Made by a program: the position numbers and the translations under genes. From contig JBBISL010000013.1 of the NCBI GenBank assembly GCA_037441285.1, positions 1,286 through 47,375 of the forward strand: a stretch of DNA of 46,090 nucleotides, given 5' to 3'. Source of the DNA: a candidate division WOR-3 bacterium (lineage in GTDB: Bacteria > Hydrothermota > Tepidihabitantia > Tepidihabitantales > Tepidihabitantaceae). The first letter of the stretch is position 1. Each line of letters opens with the position of its first letter. Below, in pieces: positions 36,843 through 45,888 of the stretch. The notes below the pieces were generated by a model. That model ran no database searches and was not told where the DNA came from. It saw only the letters and a list, made by a program, of their open reading frames with translations.

Positions 36843-37415
36843 CTATTTCACTTCAAGAAACCGTGGTTGCGCAAAAAGCACCTGGCCGACATCGGTGTCG
36901 ATGCCACCTTTGATGACCACTTCGAGCTCCTTTCCCACCTCATCGCCGCAGTTTTCCACCACCACCTTGATGCCGCCTTCGAGATAACCGATGCCTTCAT
37001 TCTTCTCTTTGCCCCGTTTGGTGATTTTCACTTTGAGCACGGTGCCGGGTAGATAACTGGGTCGAAAGATGTTGAACAGGTCGAGCGTGGTTACCACCGT
37101 GATGCCGTCGGCGGCGGATTTAACATCCGGTCGGCAGGTGATAATTGTTGCTTTTTTCTGTCGGGCGGTTTGCAAAAGGTCGGCGATTGAGTTTAGGTCA
37201 CGCCGGGTTTTGACTTTTAGACCCTTGATATTTTTCAGTTGGTTCAGGTTTTCCTTAGCCCTTTGGGCAACATAGTCGTTTTCCCCTTTGGGTTCGGGTG
37301 GTTCGGGCACAAGAAGCTGACCGGTAACGATGCCCAATCCAAGAAACTGGACAATTTTCGGGTCGGCAAGGGTGTCCAAATCTAAGATAAAGGTTTTGGA
37401 ACGCAGAAAGAGCAT
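36843..37415 (-). CDS. PIN/TRAM (YacL-like) protein, no membrane domain
   Basis: C-terminal TRAM: GKEKNEGIGYLEGGIKVVVE...GQVLFA; follows radA as yacL does. Confidence 0.8.
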   Translation of the reverse strand: MLFLRSKTFILDLDTLADPKIVQFLGLGIVTGQLLVPEPPEPKGENDYVAQRAKENLNQLKNIKGLKVKTRRDLNSIADLLQTARQKKATIITCRPDVKSAADGITVVTTLDLFNIFRPSYLPGTVLKVKITKRGKEKNEGIGYLEGGIKVVVENCGDEVGKELEVVIKGGIDTDVGQVLFAQPRFLEVK

Positions 37416-37436
37416 AAAATCCTCCCAAATCCAATC

Positions 37437-38795
37437 TCATCTTTTTAATCCCAACACCTTGAGGGCGGTAGCGACCGTGTCCACCGGCACAAGTTTCAAG
37501 GTGTTTTTTTTCGGCTGCGGGCTGCGCTCGGGCAACAGGATGCGCCTAAACCCCAGACGTGCCGCTTCGGTGATGCGCGACTCGGTACGGCTGACCGAAC
37601 GGATTTCACCGGCAAGCCCCACCTCGCCAAAAAGGACGATATCGGTGGGAAGGGGTGTGTTGCGCAGCGCCGAGGCAAGCGCCGCAACGATACCAAGGTC
37701 AACCGCCGGTTCGGTTAGTTTGATACCGCCGGCGATGTTCAAAAAGATGTCTTTGTTTGTGGTGGCGATGCCGGCGCGGCGCTCAAGGATGCAGAGGAGT
37801 AGCGCCAGTCGCCTGATGTCAAAGCCGGTTGCCACCCGCTGGGGCAGGGCAAATGGTGTCGGCGCGGCCAGCGCCTGAATCTCCACCAGAAGCGGGCGGG
37901 TGCCCTCGAGCGTTGCCACCACCGCGGAGCCGGAGACATCAAGCCGGCGTCCGGAAAGGAAAAACTCCGAAGGGTTCTGCACCTCTTGTAAACCGGATTC
38001 GGTCATTTCAAACACCCCGATTTCATTGGTGGAGCCGTAGCGGTTTTTCACCGCCCGAACAATCCGGTAGTTGAGGCTGGTTTCCCCTTCAAAATATAGT
38101 ACGGTATCAACCATATGCTCGAGGGTCTTCGGTCCGGCAATTGCACCGAACTTGGTCACATGACCGATGATGAAGGTTGTGAGGCGGCGGCTTTTTGCCA
38201 GCCGGAGCAACTGGGCGGTGCATTCCCGGACCTGAGCGACGCTACCTGGTGCACTGGCGAGCGTGCTGGTCGTCAGGGTCTGAATCGAGTCGATAACCAG
38301 AAGCCCGGGATTGATTTCTTCGACCGCACCGAGCACCTCTTCAACCTCAACGGTGGCGAGGATGTACAGTTCCGCGGCAACCTTACCCAGTCGGGCAGCA
38401 CGGAGTCGGACCTGTTCCGGCGACTCTTCGCCGGTCACATAGAGGATGCGCATACCCCGATGGGCAAGGGTGTTGCAAACCTGCAGGAGCAGGGTTGATT
38501 TGCCGATGCCCGGTTCGCCACCAAGTAGAAGCAACGAGCCGGGTACAACACCACCGCCAATCACCCGGTCCAGTTCGCTGATGCCGGTTAAAATCCGGGC
38601 GGTCTTTTCCATTGCCACCTGATTTAACGGCACCGGTCGGGTTGTTAAGGTCGGTGTTGCCGCGTTCTTTGTTTTCTTTTTCGCGGGCAGTTCCTCCTCA
38701 ACCAAACTGTTCCACTCGCCGCAGTTCGGGCAGCGGCCCAACCAGCGGGCAGATTCGTAACCGCAGTTCTGGCAGATAAAGTGGGTCTTCTTCAT
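37437..38795 (-). CDS. radA: DNA repair protein RadA/Sms
   Basis: C4 zinc finger, GGEPGIGKST, KNRYG, Lon-like C-terminus. Confidence 0.97.
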   Translation of the reverse strand: MKKTHFICQNCGYESARWLGRCPNCGEWNSLVEEELPAKKKTKNAATPTLTTRPVPLNQVAMEKTARILTGISELDRVIGGGVVPGSLLLLGGEPGIGKSTLLLQVCNTLAHRGMRILYVTGEESPEQVRLRAARLGKVAAELYILATVEVEEVLGAVEEINPGLLVIDSIQTLTTSTLASAPGSVAQVRECTAQLLRLAKSRRLTTFIIGHVTKFGAIAGPKTLEHMVDTVLYFEGETSLNYRIVRAVKNRYGSTNEIGVFEMTESGLQEVQNPSEFFLSGRRLDVSGSAVVATLEGTRPLLVEIQALAAPTPFALPQRVATGFDIRRLALLLCILERRAGIATTNKDIFLNIAGGIKLTEPAVDLGIVAALASALRNTPLPTDIVLFGEVGLAGEIRSVSRTESRITEAARLGFRRILLPERSPQPKKNTLKLVPVDTVATALKVLGLKR

Positions 38796-38801
38796 CCGGG
38801 G

Positions 38802-40232
38802 TTAGATGTTGAACTCTTCTCCGGAGATTTCTTCTTCAACCGGTTCCTGAGTGTAGCGGGTTTCGGCGTTGACAAAGCGCATACATTCGTAGAGGAAGAC
38901 GAGCGGGATGGTATCGGTTGGACCGTTGCGCTGTTTAGCAACATTGAGTTCGGCGGCGCGGCGTTTGTTTTCGTCCAGTGACGCCCACTCCTTTTTCCGG
39001 TACGCCGCTTCCCGGAACAAAAGCAGGACAACATCGGCGTCCTGTTCCAGGGCGCCGGATTCGCGCAGGTCGGAGAGCTGGGGTCTTTTATCCTGACGGG
39101 TTTCGGGCGCTCGTGACAGCTGGGAGATGGCAACGACCGGTACATCGAGTTCCTTTGCCATCGCCTTTAACGCCCGGGAGATTTCGGTAATCTCCTGCTG
39201 CCGGTTGCGTTCCCGGCGCCGGTCACCGTGCACCTCCATCAACTGGAGATAGTCAATCATCACCATTCCCAAATCCGGATGCTCGCCTTTGAGCCGGCGC
39301 GCCCGCGCCCGAACCTCAAGGGCGTTCAAACCGGGTGAGTCGTCAATGTAGATTTTTGCCTCAGACAGGGGACCAATCACATCAACAACCCGTTTGTATT
39401 CCTCGTGGGTGAGCATACCGCGACGCAGTTTGCTCTGGGAGACATAAGCCTCAGAGCAGATGAGCCGCTGGATAAGACTTTCCGTTGACATCTCAAGGCT
39501 AAAGATAGCGACCGGTACCGGATTGCTGATGTGGATGGCGGCATTGACCGCGATGTTTAAGGCAAAGGCGGTCTTGCCCATTCCGGGCCGGCCGGCGATG
39601 ATGATGAAGTCGCCGGGCTGGAAGCCTGAGGTCAAGTGATCAAGTTCGCGAAAACCGGTTTCAACCCCGGTTATTAACCGTTTCTCATGCCGGGCTTTCT
39701 CAATCCGTTCCATCTCGTCCATCAACATCTCGCGCACGAGGGTGAACCGTTTGCGTTCGCCGGCTTGACGCAACTGAAAGATTTTGCTCTCAGCCTGTTC
39801 CAGCAGTTCCTCCGCACTGTGGCTCTCATCAAACGCCGCCTGCACGATTTCGGTTGCGGTCTGAATCAACTGGCGTTGAATCGCCCGTTCCAGTACCAGG
39901 CGGGCATGTTCTTCGCAATGGGCAGCGGTGAGGACGGTGTCAAGGAGGCTGGAGAGATATGTTGGGCTACCGACCGCTTCCAGTTGCTTCATCCGGCGCA
40001 GTTCCGCAGTAACGGTGATGATGTCGTAGGGCTCTTTGCGCTCAAACAGTTTGAGCATCGCTTCATAAATGAGGCGGTGGGCTGGGGTGTAGAAGTGTTC
40101 CGGTTTCAAAAAGGGCAGGACCCGGGGCAGGGCTTCAGCATCAAGCAGGATTGCGCCGAGCACGGCGGCTTCGGCTTCAACCGCCTGAGGTGGCTTGCGC
40201 TCAACCTGATTTTGTCCCCGATTGGTGCTCAT
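38802..40232 (-). CDS. dnaB: Replicative DNA helicase
   Basis: PPQAVEAE, GRPGMGKT, IDYLQL, SQLSR, DLRESGALEQDAD, KQRNGP. Confidence 0.97.
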   Translation of the reverse strand: MSTNRGQNQVERKPPQAVEAEAAVLGAILLDAEALPRVLPFLKPEHFYTPAHRLIYEAMLKLFERKEPYDIITVTAELRRMKQLEAVGSPTYLSSLLDTVLTAAHCEEHARLVLERAIQRQLIQTATEIVQAAFDESHSAEELLEQAESKIFQLRQAGERKRFTLVREMLMDEMERIEKARHEKRLITGVETGFRELDHLTSGFQPGDFIIIAGRPGMGKTAFALNIAVNAAIHISNPVPVAIFSLEMSTESLIQRLICSEAYVSQSKLRRGMLTHEEYKRVVDVIGPLSEAKIYIDDSPGLNALEVRARARRLKGEHPDLGMVMIDYLQLMEVHGDRRRERNRQQEITEISRALKAMAKELDVPVVAISQLSRAPETRQDKRPQLSDLRESGALEQDADVVLLLFREAAYRKKEWASLDENKRRAAELNVAKQRNGPTDTIPLVFLYECMRFVNAETRYTQEPVEEEISGEEFNI

Positions 40233-41428
40233 CTTTGCTTCCTTTTCTTGTAAAGTTCGCCGACGGTTTTCACCAGTTTCAGGGCAAATTCAGCTTTGTC
40301 CATTTCCGGAAGACGCTCTTGTTTGCCGGAAGTGAAGAGCAGTCGTGCTGCGATTCTTTCACTGCCGGCGGTTGCGGGCGGATTGGCGATGATGAGGTCG
40401 AGGTGCTTGGCACGCAGTTTATCCCTTGCCCGTCCCAAATTGGCGTCAAGGGAGAAACCAACAAGAAACGGTTTTTCTTTCTGGACGGCAACAAGGGAAA
40501 GGATGTCCGGCGTGCGGACGAGTTTCAAAGACAGGTCAGCGGTGTGATACTTCTCCTTTGCCACATTTGCCGGCTGGTAATCGGCAACTGCGGCGCACAT
40601 TACGAGAATATCGGTTTCCGGTAGCGAGCGCAAAACCGCTTCTGCCATCTCTGCAGTGGTCTGGACCCGAATCGCATCCGCGGGCAGCGGTACCGACACG
40701 GCACCGGCAATCAAACGGGTGCGGGCGCCTGCCGCCTTAAATGCCCGGGCGATTTCCACGCCCATCCGACCGGAAGAGCGGTTGGTGATGATGCGCACCG
40801 GGTCTAACGGCTCTTCGGTTCTGCCGGTGGTGACGAGCACCGAAACACCGTTCAGGTCGGGCAGTGATTCGAGTGCGGCGCGGCACCGGGCAAAGATTTC
40901 TGCCGGTTCTGCCATCCGGCCGGTACCGATGGCACCGCAGGCGAGTTCACCCTGGTCCGGTTCGATAAAACAGTAACCGGCGGCTTTCAGTCTGGCGATG
41001 TTCGCCTGGACAAACGGATTGTGCCACATATTGACATTCATCGCCGGGGCAAAGAGCACCCGACCCGCCTTGACCTTTTCCTGAGGTACGGCAAGGAGCA
41101 GAGTGGAGAGCAGGTCGTCACCGATGCCCGAGGCGAGTTTGCCCAGTATGTTGGCGGTTGCCGGTGCCACGACGATTAAGTCGGGTCTTGTGGCAAGGTC
41201 AATGTGTTCAACCGGAGCGGAGAAGGGGTGCTCAGCCGGAAACAGTTTCCGGGCAACGGCACGGTTCGTCAGGGTGCGAAACGACTCAACGCCGACCAGT
41301 CTGGTTGCGACGCGGGTCATCACGACCGTTACGCCCCAGTTTTGCCGTTTGAAAAGGCGCACCAGTTCCAGCGCCTTGTAGGCGGCAATGCTGCCGGTAA
41401 CGCCTAATAGAACTTCCGGGGTGCTCAC
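40229..41428 (-). CDS. coaBC: Bifunctional PPC decarboxylase/synthetase
   Basis: GVTGSIAAYK, APATAN, PAMN, LACG..G.GRM, DPVRIITNRSSG, AAVADY. Confidence 0.95.
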   Translation of the reverse strand: MSTPEVLLGVTGSIAAYKALELVRLFKRQNWGVTVVMTRVATRLVGVESFRTLTNRAVARKLFPAEHPFSAPVEHIDLATRPDLIVVAPATANILGKLASGIGDDLLSTLLLAVPQEKVKAGRVLFAPAMNVNMWHNPFVQANIARLKAAGYCFIEPDQGELACGAIGTGRMAEPAEIFARCRAALESLPDLNGVSVLVTTGRTEEPLDPVRIITNRSSGRMGVEIARAFKAAGARTRLIAGAVSVPLPADAIRVQTTAEMAEAVLRSLPETDILVMCAAVADYQPANVAKEKYHTADLSLKLVRTPDILSLVAVQKEKPFLVGFSLDANLGRARDKLRAKHLDLIIANPPATAGSERIAARLLFTSGKQERLPEMDKAEFALKLVKTVGELYKKRKQR

Positions 41429-41465
41429 CGCCGCGCTCCGAAAAGGACAGGGTTAACCTTCGGCT

Positions 41466-41720
41466 TCAGGAATGGCGGGAGGTGAGCTCTTCAAATGTCT
41501 TCTGGCTCAACGCCGCCAGTTCTTCCTCAGTAAGCGGGGCGTATTTCAGTTCGCCCCGCAGGAGGCGCTTCAGGGCATAGTCGTAGATGTTGGTCGGGAG
41601 TTGAATCTCGTCCCGGTTCATCGCTTCAATTATCCGTCGCACCTCAAGGGCGGCGATATTCAAAGCCAGATATTTATTGGGTTTAGTTCGCCACAACTGT
41701 TCCAGTGAAACCCATTTCAT
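41466..41720 (-). CDS. rpoZ: RNA polymerase omega subunit-like protein
   Basis: NKY...AA...R motif; position between gmk and coaBC; AGGAGG RBS. Confidence 0.65.
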   Translation of the reverse strand: MKWVSLEQLWRTKPNKYLALNIAALEVRRIIEAMNRDEIQLPTNIYDYALKRLLRGELKYAPLTEEELAALSQKTFEELTSRHS

Positions 41721-42334
41721 TTTGAAACCTCCTTTAATTTCCGGCGGCGGGATGTGCGCAGCCGTTCGGCGCGAATGATGCTCAAAACATCACCGACCGC
41801 CTGTTCAAGTTTATCATTTATTACCAGATAGTCAAACTCCGGAATGGCACGCAGTTCTTCTTTCAGGGCGGCACGGCGCCGTGCCAGTTCTGCCCGGTCT
41901 TCGGTACCCCGTTTGGAAAGGCGCTCGCGCAGTTCCTTCAAACTGGGCGGCAGGATGAAAATCCCGATGGCACGCGCTCCCAGCACCTTTTTGCAGGAAC
42001 GCATCCCCTGAATATCAAGGTCCGCGATGACATCCTTACCGGCGCGGAATGCTTTGAGCACCGGCTCTTTCGGGGTGCCGTAGTGGTAGCCGTAAACCTG
42101 TGCCGACTCCAGCAGGGCATCACGCTTGACCATTTGCTGGAAGGCGCGCTCGGTCAAAAACAGGTAACTCTTGCCGTGGCGCTCGTTAACGCGACGCGGT
42201 CGGGTGGTTGCCGAAACCGAGTAGAAGATGTTTTTGTCCTGCCGCAGCACCGCCTGACAGATGGATGTTTTGCCCGCGCCCGAAGGCGAGGAGAGGATGA
42301 CCATAAACGGCTGATGCAGTTGCTTACTCAACAT
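41717..42334 (-). CDS. gmk: Guanylate kinase
   Basis: SSPSGAGKT, SATTR, YGT, DIQG, FILPPS, FDYLVIND. Confidence 0.95.
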   Translation of the reverse strand: MLSKQLHQPFMVILSSPSGAGKTSICQAVLRQDKNIFYSVSATTRPRRVNERHGKSYLFLTERAFQQMVKRDALLESAQVYGYHYGTPKEPVLKAFRAGKDVIADLDIQGMRSCKKVLGARAIGIFILPPSLKELRERLSKRGTEDRAELARRRAALKEELRAIPEFDYLVINDKLEQAVGDVLSIIRAERLRTSRRRKLKEVSK

Positions 42335-43199
42335 TGCGTACCTGCTCCTTCAACTTCTCAATCTCGCCCTTGATTTCAATCGCCCGGCGCGAAATGACCA
42401 CATCCCGTGCCTTGGCGGCAAGGGTGTCGGTCTCACGCAGCATCTCCTGAGCGATGAAGTCCAGTTTCTTGCCCGAGGTGGCGGAACTGCGTAGCGCCCG
42501 CAGAAACATACTGCAGTGGCTCTTGAGCCGGACACACTCCTCGTGGATGTCCACCTTTTCAGCGATAAATGCCACCTCTTCAAGCACCCGGCGTGGGTTT
42601 GCCTGAATGTTTAGGTTCTGCAACTGTTCGAGGAGGTTCTCGCGGCGCTCGGCAAGCCGTTTTGGGACCCGTTCTTCAATCTGCCGCACCGCACGGCGGA
42701 TTTTGCTGATACGCTTGCGCAAATCCCGGGCTAAAGCGGCACCCTCTGCCTGCTTCATCTTGACGAGATGGCGCAGTGCCTGGTTCAAAACCCGGCGGCT
42801 GGCAAGCCAGAACCGGGAGGAGTTGGCGTTTGCCTTTTTCGTCGTGATGACCCCGGGCAGGGTAAGAAGGGTGTTGATGTTCAGTTCGCCTTCAAGATGG
42901 TGCCGGGTTTTCAACTCGCGGGCGAGACGCAGGTACTCCTGCACCAGTTGCCGGTCAATGGTAATTGCCGGCACCGACACCGATTCGTCCAGGGTTATCT
43001 GCAACTGGATGTAGCCGCGATGCACGGTGCGGCGCACCAGTTCGTGAATCTCCCGTTCATAGGCGGCAAACTGCGGCGGCAGTTTTGCCACCAGTTCAAA
43101 GTACTTGTGATTGACCGAACGGATGTCCACGGTCAGTTTACTGCCCGAAGGTTTGAGCACCGCTTCAGCGCGGCCCACACCGGTCATACTGCGCAGCAT
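42324..43199 (-). CDS. yicC: YicC/YloC family endoribonuclease
   Basis: SMTG, RSVNHKY, DIHEECVRL.SH, GKKLDF..QE, KEQVRNVE. Confidence 0.92.
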   Translation of the reverse strand: MLRSMTGVGRAEAVLKPSGSKLTVDIRSVNHKYFELVAKLPPQFAAYEREIHELVRRTVHRGYIQLQITLDESVSVPAITIDRQLVQEYLRLARELKTRHHLEGELNINTLLTLPGVITTKKANANSSRFWLASRRVLNQALRHLVKMKQAEGAALARDLRKRISKIRRAVRQIEERVPKRLAERRENLLEQLQNLNIQANPRRVLEEVAFIAEKVDIHEECVRLKSHCSMFLRALRSSATSGKKLDFIAQEMLRETDTLAAKARDVVISRRAIEIKGEIEKLKEQVRNVE

Positions 43200-43201
43200 A
43201 T

Positions 43202-43642
43202 TTACCCCTCTTCCAGCATTATCGTCACCGGTCCGGAGTTAACCAGTTCCACCTCCATCCGGGCGCCAAAACTGCCGGTCTGGACCGGCACGCCCAAATA
43301 GCGCAACTCGGTGACAAACTTTTCGTAAAGTTCCCGGGCGCGGTTCGGTTCGCAGGCGTCAGAAAATGAGGGACGCAGACCGTGCCGGGTGTCAGCGTAG
43401 AGCGTAAACTGGGAAACGACCAGCGCCGCGCCGCCGGTATCAAGGAGCGAGCGGTTCATCTTGCCCGCTTCGTCATCCCAGATGCGCAGCCGGGCAACGC
43501 GCGATGCCAGTTGTCGGCAGACCGCTTCGTTGTCGTCCTTGCCCACTCCAAGAAAAACGAGCAAACCCGGTCCAATTTCGCCCTTCGTTGTGTTGTCAAC
43601 CGTCACCTTTGCTCTTAAAACCCGCTGAATAAGTGCCCGCAC
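43202..43642 (-). CDS. dtd: D-aminoacyl-tRNA deacylase
   Basis: QRV, VSQFTL, RPSF, NSGPVT. Confidence 0.95.
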   Translation of the reverse strand: MRALIQRVLRAKVTVDNTTKGEIGPGLLVFLGVGKDDNEAVCRQLASRVARLRIWDDEAGKMNRSLLDTGGAALVVSQFTLYADTRHGLRPSFSDACEPNRARELYEKFVTELRYLGVPVQTGSFGARMEVELVNSGPVTIMLEEG

Positions 43643-43645
43643 AAC

Positions 43646-44215
43646 TTACCTGCCTTTCAGTTTTCGGACAATCGCCCGGGCAAAAGCCGCGGTGTGTTCG
43701 GCACGGGCAGCGGTGATGATGTTGCCATCAACCACTACCGGCTGGAACTTATGCCGGGCGGAATGCTCTTTGAGAATGTTGATGGCGTAACGGTGCGGAA
43801 ACACGGTGGCACTTTTGCCTTTCAGCACACCGGCGCGGGCAAGAACCAGTGGTGCCAGTTCAATCGCGGCAACAAGCCGACCGGCATCGGCAAACCGCCG
43901 GCACCGCTCCTGCAAAACGGTGTCCTTCCAGTAGGGCGCAATCCCTGAACCGTTGACCAGAACCAGTGCGGCAAACTCATCAGGCGTAATCTCTTTGAGC
44001 AACCGCTCAGGTTTGAGGAGCAAACCGTCAATGCCCTGCGCCGCGGTCGTGTCCGATGAGACAACTGCCACCGAAAAGTTTGCCCGCTCCAGAGTCCGGA
44101 CGATGCGCTCAAACTCATCGTCTCGGAACAGGTCGTGCGGCACAAAGACCGCAACCGGTTGCGCGGCAACGAGCGCGCTGCCGAGTAGAACAAGAAAAGT
44201 CGTTCGCGTCAGCAC
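43646..44215 (-). CDS. Secreted DJ-1/PfpI family protein with Cys-to-Glu nucleophile substitution
   Basis: Signal peptide; F.D.E, VAAIELAP..LARAGVLKGK.AT, VVVDGNIITA. Confidence 0.82.
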   Translation of the reverse strand: MLTRTTFLVLLGSALVAAQPVAVFVPHDLFRDDEFERIVRTLERANFSVAVVSSDTTAAQGIDGLLLKPERLLKEITPDEFAALVLVNGSGIAPYWKDTVLQERCRRFADAGRLVAAIELAPLVLARAGVLKGKSATVFPHRYAINILKEHSARHKFQPVVVDGNIITAARAEHTAAFARAIVRKLKGR

Positions 44216-44377
44216 AATTTAATAGATTATAGTAGAAATTTTCAATGTCAAGGAAATACAGGGGGACAACCCGTTAAGTATTCATATTACAATGACTTAG
44301 TGTTAAAGGGGTGTTGGAGAGCGAAAGTGGGGTAGAGCGGAAGAGCAGAAGCCAGAGAGAGCAGAAGGGCGGGAGTT

Positions 44378-44658
44378 GAGATTGCCGCGCACCCTTTCGG
44401 GTGCTCGCAATGACAGAAACAAAAGGAATGGCAAAGATGAGAAAAGGATTGTTAATAATGCCGGGGTTTTCGGTGGTTATGACAACAAAGTGTTTGTCAT
44501 TGAATATAGTTGTTAGGACACTTCGTATAATGTTTATGGGGTATGACAACAGGTTTTTTTCATTGCATATAAGTCATAAGGGCGCTCCATATAATTTTTT
44601 TGGCGGTTTATGACCGCAAAGGGTTTTTCATTGCGAGGGCGAAGACCGAAGCAATCTC
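44378..44658. repeat. Inverted REP/MITE-like ends enclosing degenerate ~65-bp tandem repeats
   Basis: GAGATTGC...CTCGCAATGAC (44378-44414) and TCATTGCGAG...GCAATCTC (44628-44658). TATGAC...TCATTG units start at 44478, 44542 and 44609. Confidence 0.6.
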
Positions 44659-44692
44659 CTTGACAAGAGGGGGGTAATTTTTATTATTGTTT

Positions 44693-45409
44693 GTGCCACG
44701 CGGACTTGTGATAATGCCGACCTATAATGAGGCGGACAACATTGACAAAATCATTCCGGTGGTTCTTAGCCAGTTGCCCGAAATTGAGGTTCTGGTCATT
44801 GACGACGGTTCGCCGGACGGCACCGGTGATATCGTTGCTCAAATGGCGCAGACCAACCCGCGCGTCCATCTGATTCGCCGGCAGAAGAAACTGGGATTGG
44901 GCACCGCCTATGTGCTCGGGTTCCGCTATGCGCTGGAGCACAACTACGACTACTGCTTTGAGATGGATGCGGACTTCTCCCATCCGCCGGACAAGATTCC
45001 GGAGATGGTTGCCCTGTTAAAGGATTACGACCTGGTGATTGGTTCGCGTTACTCCGATGGCATCTCCATTGTCAACTGGCCGATGAAGCGGTTGCTACTG
45101 TCCTATTTTGCCTGCCTTTACGCCCGCAAGGTTACCGGTTGTCCGGTGCGCGACTTGACCGCTGGGTTCAAGGCGTATCGGTGCGAGATGTTAAGGAAAC
45201 TGGACTTAAACCAGTTACGCGAGGATGGTTACGGGTTTCAGATTGAGATTGACTTCTTAATCTGGCGCAAAGGCGGCAGAATCAAAGAGATTCCCATCGT
45301 GTTCACTGAGCGCCGTGCCGGCGTGTCCAAGATGTCAAAACGCATCATCTGGCGGGCGTTCATTTTAGTACTGCGGCTCCGGCTCCAGCGGCTCCTGGGC
45401 AAAATTTAG
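44693..45409 (+). CDS. Polyprenol monophosphomannose synthase (GT2, DPM1-like)
   Basis: MPTYNE, IDDGSPDGT, GLGTAY, EMDADFSH, GSRY, GYGFQIE. GTG start after TTGACA-16-TATTAT. Confidence 0.92.
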   Translation: MPRGLVIMPTYNEADNIDKIIPVVLSQLPEIEVLVIDDGSPDGTGDIVAQMAQTNPRVHLIRRQKKLGLGTAYVLGFRYALEHNYDYCFEMDADFSHPPDKIPEMVALLKDYDLVIGSRYSDGISIVNWPMKRLLLSYFACLYARKVTGCPVRDLTAGFKAYRCEMLRKLDLNQLREDGYGFQIEIDFLIWRKGGRIKEIPIVFTERRAGVSKMSKRIIWRAFILVLRLRLQRLLGKI

Positions 45410-45421
45410 GCAGGTACTGGC

Positions 45422-45685
45422 GTGAACGACGCCGAATTTTACCTGAAAAGCGGAAACGCCCATTACCTAAAGGGTGAATATGACCGTGCGATTGCGGACT
45501 GCAACAAGGCGATTGAACTGAACCCGAACTTTGCCCAAGCAATGGCTGGGTTGGCAGTAGTTTATGCGGAGAAGGGCGATAAGGAGAGTGCAAAGTTGTG
45601 GGCGAAAAGGGCGCTGGAGAAGAGGGCATATCTGTCCGAGGAAGTGGTTGAGGTTCTCAATGCACTACTGTATTCTCTGGAGTAA
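45422..45685 (+). CDS. Short TPR protein
   Basis: YDRAIADCNKAIELNPNFA TPR consensus; possibly a truncated remnant. Confidence 0.7.
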   Translation: MNDAEFYLKSGNAHYLKGEYDRAIADCNKAIELNPNFAQAMAGLAVVYAEKGDKESAKLWAKRALEKRAYLSEEVVEVLNALLYSLE

Positions 45686-45888
45686 TTTCAAGGGCGTCAG
45701 AGTTTTGCAGGGAGAGAAGGGTTGAGAAGTTAGGTGATTGTGGAGCGCGGGCATCTGGTGCATTAAAGGCACAGTTGGAGGGTGTTATTGGGCAGAGGTG
45801 GTTAATAAAGGGGGTGTGAGAGGCAATTCCGGTAATGGAGCAATGGTTTGCCTTATCCGGAAGTCGGTACAAAAAGGAGGAAAAGGAT

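Noticed and set aside
2564..43301. Numerous alternative-frame/antisense ORFs in the track (e.g. 2564-3229, 11490-12245, 28900-29721, 29190-29831, 32375-32968)
   Set aside because: They overlap well-supported genes, show no recognisable motifs and are expected shadows in GC-rich coding DNA.
44520..44533. loxP/dif-like sequence ACTTCGTATAATGT
   Set aside because: Matches one arm plus part of the spacer only; no second arm (TATACGAAGT or TTATGTTAAAT) follows.
44478..44635. CRISPR array
   Set aside because: Only three poorly conserved units, the 'spacers' resemble each other, and there are no cas genes in the window.
45815..45865. c-di-GMP-I riboswitch (GGCAAACC on minus strand)
   Set aside because: Lacks the GNRA-capped P2 and the GCAAA/P3 elements, and is oriented away from the downstream gene.
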